From Longimicrobiales bacterium (GTDB lineage Bacteria; Gemmatimonadota; Gemmatimonadetes; Longimicrobiales; Gaopeijiaceae), in NCBI GenBank assembly GCA_965219445.1, contig CBDCNQ010000001.1, positions 1 to 64,000 of the forward strand: a stretch of DNA of 64,000 nt. The letters run 5' to 3'. The position numbers and the translations under genes are program-made. Below are positions 59,078 through 64,000 of this stretch, in pieces; within the stretch, counting starts at the first letter, position 1; the number at the start of each line of letters is the position of its first letter. The notes beneath the pieces were generated by a model. The model was not told the origin of the DNA. It ran no database searches and worked only from the letters and a program-made list of their open reading frames with translations.

Positions 59078-60103
59078 ATGGCCGAGAACGACCAAGAAAA
59101 CGGAAACGCACAGGACGACGTGAACGGCCCGGACGATCAGGACGCGAGAGCTACACGTATCCTGACGGACATCGCCCCACGTGCCTGGGAGCACCCGGCC
59201 GATCGGGCCGCGCTGGCGGCGCTCAGGAAGGTTCCGGTCTTCGACGACGTGCTTCGTAAGCTCTTTGGCTTTTTCGGTGAGAAACCGATTCGCCTGGCGT
59301 TCCTCGCGAGTTCCGTACGAGTTTCGGAACGCCAGTTTCCACGCGTTTCGGACATCTACCAAGACGTTCTCAAGACGATCGACGCACCGGAGGATTACCC
59401 GCTCTTCATCTCGCAGACGCCCATCGTCAACGCCGGGGCCTACGGAATGGATGAGCCGTTCATCATCCTCAACTCGGGCACTGTGAACCTTCTGGAGGAC
59501 GACCAGCTCGCGTACGTCATCGGTCATGAGCTCGGTCACATCATGAGTGACCATGTCCTCTACCGGACGATGACCGTCCTCCTGATTCAACTCGCCGGCA
59601 TGGGGTTCCCCATCGTCGGACTCGCCGCACGGGCCGTACTCGTGGCACTCCTCGAGTGGTCCAGAAAGAGTGAGCTGTCGAGCGACCGGGCAGGGTTGCT
59701 GGCCGTGCAGAACCCGCAAAAGGTCATGGCCACGATGCTGAAGATGGCCGGAGGTGGGAGCGACGACGAGATGAATCTGGACGAATTCATCATTCAGGCG
59801 GAGGAGTATCGGGAGTCCGGCGATGTAGCGGATCAGGTATTCAAAGTCCTCAACCTCATGGGCCAGAGTCATCCCTTCTACGTGCTGCGCGTGGCCGAGA
59901 TTCGCTCATGGATCGAGGACGGAGAGTACGACCGGATCCTTCGCGGCGAATATATGCACCGCGGAGACCCGGACCCCGCGTACAATGAGGACTTGACGGA
60001 CGCGGCCAAAACGTACGCCGACGGAGCCAAAGATCTCTTCGGCCAAGTCGCGGGCGCCGCCAAGCGTATGGCCGATGACATCATGGGGGGCGCAAAGCGG
60101 TAG
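59078..60103 (+). CDS. M48-family Zn metallopeptidase
   Basis: HELGH, ELSSDRAG, SHP; RBS AAGGAG upstream of the ATG at 59078. Confidence 0.9.
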   Translation: MAENDQENGNAQDDVNGPDDQDARATRILTDIAPRAWEHPADRAALAALRKVPVFDDVLRKLFGFFGEKPIRLAFLASSVRVSERQFPRVSDIYQDVLKTIDAPEDYPLFISQTPIVNAGAYGMDEPFIILNSGTVNLLEDDQLAYVIGHELGHIMSDHVLYRTMTVLLIQLAGMGFPIVGLAARAVLVALLEWSRKSELSSDRAGLLAVQNPQKVMATMLKMAGGGSDDEMNLDEFIIQAEEYRESGDVADQVFKVLNLMGQSHPFYVLRVAEIRSWIEDGEYDRILRGEYMHRGDPDPAYNEDLTDAAKTYADGAKDLFGQVAGAAKRMADDIMGGAKR

Positions 60104-60125
60104 CCGCGGAGCTACACTGGGGGCC

Positions 60126-61406
60126 ATGCGAATCCTCATCGTCGGAAACGGAGGCCGAGAGCACGCACTGGCTTGGAAGTTCTTCAGGGATGCGCCCCAA
60201 GCCACACTGTTCGTCACGCAGCCGAATGGAGGGATTTCCACGGGCGTCGAGCCGGTCGCGATCGCCCCCGGCGACATCGAGGCACTCGCGGGCTGGGCGA
60301 GCGCGCAAAGCATCGACCTGGTGGTGGTCGGACCGGAAGCCCCGCTCGCAACCGGTTTGGTAGACCGCCTGGAGCGTAGCGGGGTCCCCGCGTTCGGACC
60401 CACGAAGGAGGCCGCTCGCATCGAATCCAGCAAGAGCTATGCGAAGGCGCTGATGCAACGTGCCGAGGTCCCCACGGCGGACTTCGCTTCCTTCGTCGAC
60501 CACGGCGAGGCTTCCGCGTACGTGCGGGAACACGGAGCGCCCATCGTTGTGAAGGCGTCGGGGCTGGCGGCCGGAAAGGGTGCCATCGTCTGCGAGACCG
60601 TCGAAGAGGCGCTTCAAGCACTCGAGAGTATCATGGCCGACCGGGCCTTCGGGGAAGCAGGCAGGGAGGTCGTTGTCGAGGAGTTCATGCAGGGCGAGGA
60701 AATGTCGGTCTTCGCTCTGGCTGACGGTCGAGATGCCGTGCTGATGCTGCCCTCGCAGGACCACAAGCGCGTGGGTGAGGGTGATGTGGGGCCCAACACC
60801 GGCGGCATGGGCGCATACGCACCCGTCTCACTCTCTTCGGATGAGCTCCTGTTACAGGTCCATGACGACATTGTCGCGCCGACGTTGGCCGCGCTCGCCG
60901 AAGACGATTCGGAATTCCGGGGAGTCCTGTATGCGGGTATCATGCTCACGGAGGACGGACCGCGCGTCGTGGAGTTCAACTGCCGTTTCGGAGACCCCGA
61001 AACTCAGGTGGTACTTCCGTTGCTGGAGTCGTCCCTCTTGGATCCGATCTTGGAGGTGGCGAGGGGAGGGCGGCTCGGCGGCTCGACCCTGGAATGGAGT
61101 GCAGGAGCGGCCCTCACGACGGTGCTCGCCTCGGGGGGATACCCAGGTCCCTACGCGAAGGGTCGGTCCATCCACATTCCGGAGTCGGTGACCAGCGACC
61201 CCGATGTGCTCCTCTTTCACGCGGGTACGACGTCGGGTTCCGAGGGGCTTGAAACCTCCGGAGGGCGTGTAATCGCTGCCACCGGATTGGGGGCGACGCT
61301 GAGCCAGGCGGCCTCGAAGAGCCGAGAGGCGGCGACCGCCATCGAATTTTCCGGAAAGCAATTTCGGAACGACATCGGCTGGAGAGAGTTCGCGCGGTCC
61401 GGGTGA
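60126..61406 (+). CDS. purD: Phosphoribosylamine--glycine ligase
   Basis: GNGGREHAL, GPEAPL, GLAAGKG, GPNTGGMGAY, EFNCRFGDPETQ. Confidence 0.97.
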   Translation: MRILIVGNGGREHALAWKFFRDAPQATLFVTQPNGGISTGVEPVAIAPGDIEALAGWASAQSIDLVVVGPEAPLATGLVDRLERSGVPAFGPTKEAARIESSKSYAKALMQRAEVPTADFASFVDHGEASAYVREHGAPIVVKASGLAAGKGAIVCETVEEALQALESIMADRAFGEAGREVVVEEFMQGEEMSVFALADGRDAVLMLPSQDHKRVGEGDVGPNTGGMGAYAPVSLSSDELLLQVHDDIVAPTLAALAEDDSEFRGVLYAGIMLTEDGPRVVEFNCRFGDPETQVVLPLLESSLLDPILEVARGGRLGGSTLEWSAGAALTTVLASGGYPGPYAKGRSIHIPESVTSDPDVLLFHAGTTSGSEGLETSGGRVIAATGLGATLSQAASKSREAATAIEFSGKQFRNDIGWREFARSG

Positions 61407-61423
61407 GACCCTCGCCGACGCGG

Positions 61424-61743
61424 GAAGGCTGCTGAAGAAGTACAGTGGGCCGCGTTGCGGATGCCACGGCCCCAGACCCTAGGCGGAGCGATGACGCCAT
61501 AGCCGTAGCTATGGCTAGGAGCTCCAACAACGGGGGCACCGCGCGAAGCGTGGTCGGGGCCGTGCCACCGCAACCCTCAACGTGTATATTCATGTCGTTC
61601 AAGGTCGTGGGCACTGGGCGGTTGTGCGGTTGATCCGGCGTCTCTCCTCCTCGCCGTAGCGCTGCTACGCCTCGTCGTCGTTCCTTGTCTGAACGCGCAC
61701 AAGCGCCCTGTGCGCGACCCGCTGTACTTCTTCAACAGCCTTC
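61424..61743. mobile_element. Full-length MITE/REPIN-like element, 320 bp
   Basis: TIRs gaaggctgctgaagaagtacag / ctgtacttcttcaacagccttc. Confidence 0.88.
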
Positions 61744-61764
61744 TATCGACGATCATACGCGCCC

Positions 61765-62598
61765 ATGCCCGAGCTACCGGAGGTCGAGACCATCGTCCGG
61801 GGCCTCAACCCTGCTCTTCCCGGTAAGACGATCGAACACGTCCAGATCCTGCACGCGGACGTCCTTCGCCAACCACCGGAGGATTTCTCTGCCCTCCTGA
61901 GGGGCCAGGCATTCGAATCTCTCCACAGACGAGGAAAAAACATCGTTGCGCACCTCACCGAGGGCGTGGTCCTGGTTGTGAATCTGGGAATGACCGGTCG
62001 CCTCGTGCTGGCCCGAGACGAGAGGCGGATGACTCACCCGGCTGTGCGCTTTACGATGAGCGCGGGTCCCTTGCTCGTCTACGATGACGTGCGCCGTTTC
62101 GGAGCCCTGGAAGCGATCGACGAGGCCGAGTGGGCCGTACGTGATCGACACCTCGGCCCTGAACCGCTCTCATCGAGCTTTACCGCCCGACAGCTGCACA
62201 CCGATCTGTCCCGCTCCATTTCACCGATCCGGTCATGGCTGCTGGACCAGCGCCGGATGGCGGGTGTAGGCAACATCTACGCGAATGAGGCGCTTCACCT
62301 GGCCGGGATTCACCCGCAGCGGTCGGCCAGGTCCGTGACCGGGGGCGAAGCTCGAAGGCTCCATAGGGCGCTTCGCCGGACCCTGCGCAGTGCCGTGGAG
62401 AACCGGGGAACGACGCTCAGGAACTACACGGACCCCTCCGGAAATCCTGGTGACAACGCGACGCGATTGCGAGTCTACGGGAGGGACCGTGAGCCCTGCC
62501 TCCGCTGCTCTACGAGGATATGTCGATTGGTATTCGGAAATCGTACGGCGTTCTTTTGCCCAAGTTGCCAACCCCTCGCCACGGGCGACCAGGCGTGA
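61765..62598 (+). CDS. mutM: Formamidopyrimidine-DNA glycosylase
   Basis: MPELPEVE, RRGK, LGMTG, GVGNIYANE, C-terminal zinc finger. Confidence 0.97.
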   Translation: MPELPEVETIVRGLNPALPGKTIEHVQILHADVLRQPPEDFSALLRGQAFESLHRRGKNIVAHLTEGVVLVVNLGMTGRLVLARDERRMTHPAVRFTMSAGPLLVYDDVRRFGALEAIDEAEWAVRDRHLGPEPLSSSFTARQLHTDLSRSISPIRSWLLDQRRMAGVGNIYANEALHLAGIHPQRSARSVTGGEARRLHRALRRTLRSAVENRGTTLRNYTDPSGNPGDNATRLRVYGRDREPCLRCSTRICRLVFGNRTAFFCPSCQPLATGDQA

Positions 62599-64000
62599 TG
62601 GACGGACACAGCGTCGCCCGACCCGCCTTCGACCCACCCGGTGGCTCTTGGTGCTGAGCCTGCTGGCCGGGTGGGTCGTCGCCTGGACGGATGCAGGGAG
62701 CTCTCAGGCTCTCACCGGCACACGGCTCCCGGTCGTAGAGCACGAGCTCGCCAACGGTATGCGTTGGCTCGTTCTACGTCGCGCCGGTGGGCCCACGGTG
62801 TCCTTCATTGTCCAGTTTCGGGTGGGCGCCGTTAACGAGGTTCGAGGGCGAACGGGCATGGCCCACCTACTCGAGCACCTGCTGTTCAAGGGAACTGAGA
62901 CGCTGGGAACCCGGGATGTCACCGCCGAACGTACGCTCTTCGTACGCATGGATGCGCTTCAGGATTCGATCTTGGCACTGGAGATGCGAAGGGATACGAC
63001 AGCCGTACCCCTTCTCAGAGAGCGCATCGACTCGCTCGAGACCGAAGCGAGAGCGCACGTACTCCCGAACGAGTTCGAGAGGGTTCTCACGACGAATGGC
63101 GCCCGCGGCCTCAACGCGACCACCGACTGGGAGTCCACGACCTACTTCGTGGAGCTGCCGGCGAATCGTGCTGAGCTTTGGTTTCTCATGGAGTCAGACC
63201 GAATGGCCAACCCCGTGTTCCGGGAGTTCTACGCCGAGAGGGACATCGTTGCTGAAGAACGCCGACTGCGGGTGGAGACGAATCCCGGCGGGCTTCTCTT
63301 CGAAGCCCACATGGCCGCGGCGTTTACAACACATCCGTACGGACAGCCGGCCGTAGGTTACATGTCCGATATCCAACGGCTTCGCCGGCCGGACGTGGAG
63401 GCATACTTTCGCCGCCATTACGGGCCCAGCAATGCCGTCGTCGCCGTCGTCGGGGACATCGACTCCGATCAGATTGTTGCCTGGGCGGATGAGTATTTTG
63501 GAGATCTTCCCACGAGCGAGACTCCCGGACCGGTCCTGTCGACCGAGCCCGCTCAAGGTGGAGAACGAAGAGTGGAAGTCGCTTTCGACGCCGAGCCTCG
63601 GGTGCGTATCGGGTGGCCAGTCGTCGAAACCACGCACCCAGACGCGCCGGCCCTTTCGGTCCTCTCCTGGCTCCTCACCGGAGGGCGCACGTCGAGGCTG
63701 CATCGGCGCCTCGTGATTCGGGATCGAGTCGCCACGGCGATCAACTCTTCGATTGGGCCCGGCATCCGATTTCCGGGAATCTTTGCGATCGATGCAACGC
63801 CACGTCTCCCCAGCAGTACGGGCGATGTCGAGGCCGCCGTGTACGCCGAGCTCGACTCTCTTCGGCAAACGCCTCCGTCGGAGCGCGAGATGCAGCGGAT
63901 TCGGAATCAGCTCGAGGCGAGTGAGGTTCGGCGGTTGACGTCGAACTTGGGCCTGGCGCTCCAGCTGGCGGGCTCCGCGTCGGCGTTCGGCGATTGGCGC
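62598..64000 (+). CDS. M16 (pitrilysin-like) Zn peptidase with signal peptide; runs off the window and the start is uncertain
   Basis: Frame of 62642 reads WLLVLSLLAG..LANGMR..GMAHLLEHLLFKGT (HxxEH), LNATT; missing from the ORF track, presumably because it has no stop in the window. Confidence 0.9.

Noticed and set aside
27121..61743. CRISPR interpretation of the repeats
   Set aside because: Copies are dispersed and long, with no repeat-spacer periodicity and no cas genes

Overview
A GC-rich, densely coding stretch of bacterial core genome, mostly on the minus strand. Gene order and protein style suggest Gemmatimonadota, which is an inference. Gene order: iscS-like end, mnmA, dnaJ, grpE, cinA, pgsA, frameshifted mglA, recR, ybaB, dnaX, SRP RNA, yraN, aroF, smc, two SPOR membrane proteins, rsfS, rplI, DUF2232, a fused rpsF-rpsR, hppA, pth, rplY, prs, a GWxTD-like gene, tRNA-Gln, ispE, pdxJ, hflX, cca, gmhA, a CpsB-type phosphatase, alaS, recA, a System I* ccm operon, a stand-alone gltB, glpK, maf, dtd, glmS, glmM, then on the plus strand metB/metC, an M48 peptidase, purD, mutM and an M16 peptidase. 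The most notable observations are: (1) two tandem proteins built as a catalytically dead BY-kinase-like domain, a TM helix and SPOR-like repeats, the downstream one translationally coupled to smc; (2) a single-chain S6-S18 ribosomal protein; (3) a long structured gltB leader with terminator/antiterminator architecture plus 7-mer repeats; (4) an SRP RNA whose GNRA tetraloop is replaced by UUGCC; (5) a ~320-bp MITE/REPIN-like repeat family with compensatory base changes that supplies stop codons to host genes. Several single-base homopolymer indels suggest assembly errors, so the frameshifts should be treated cautiously.
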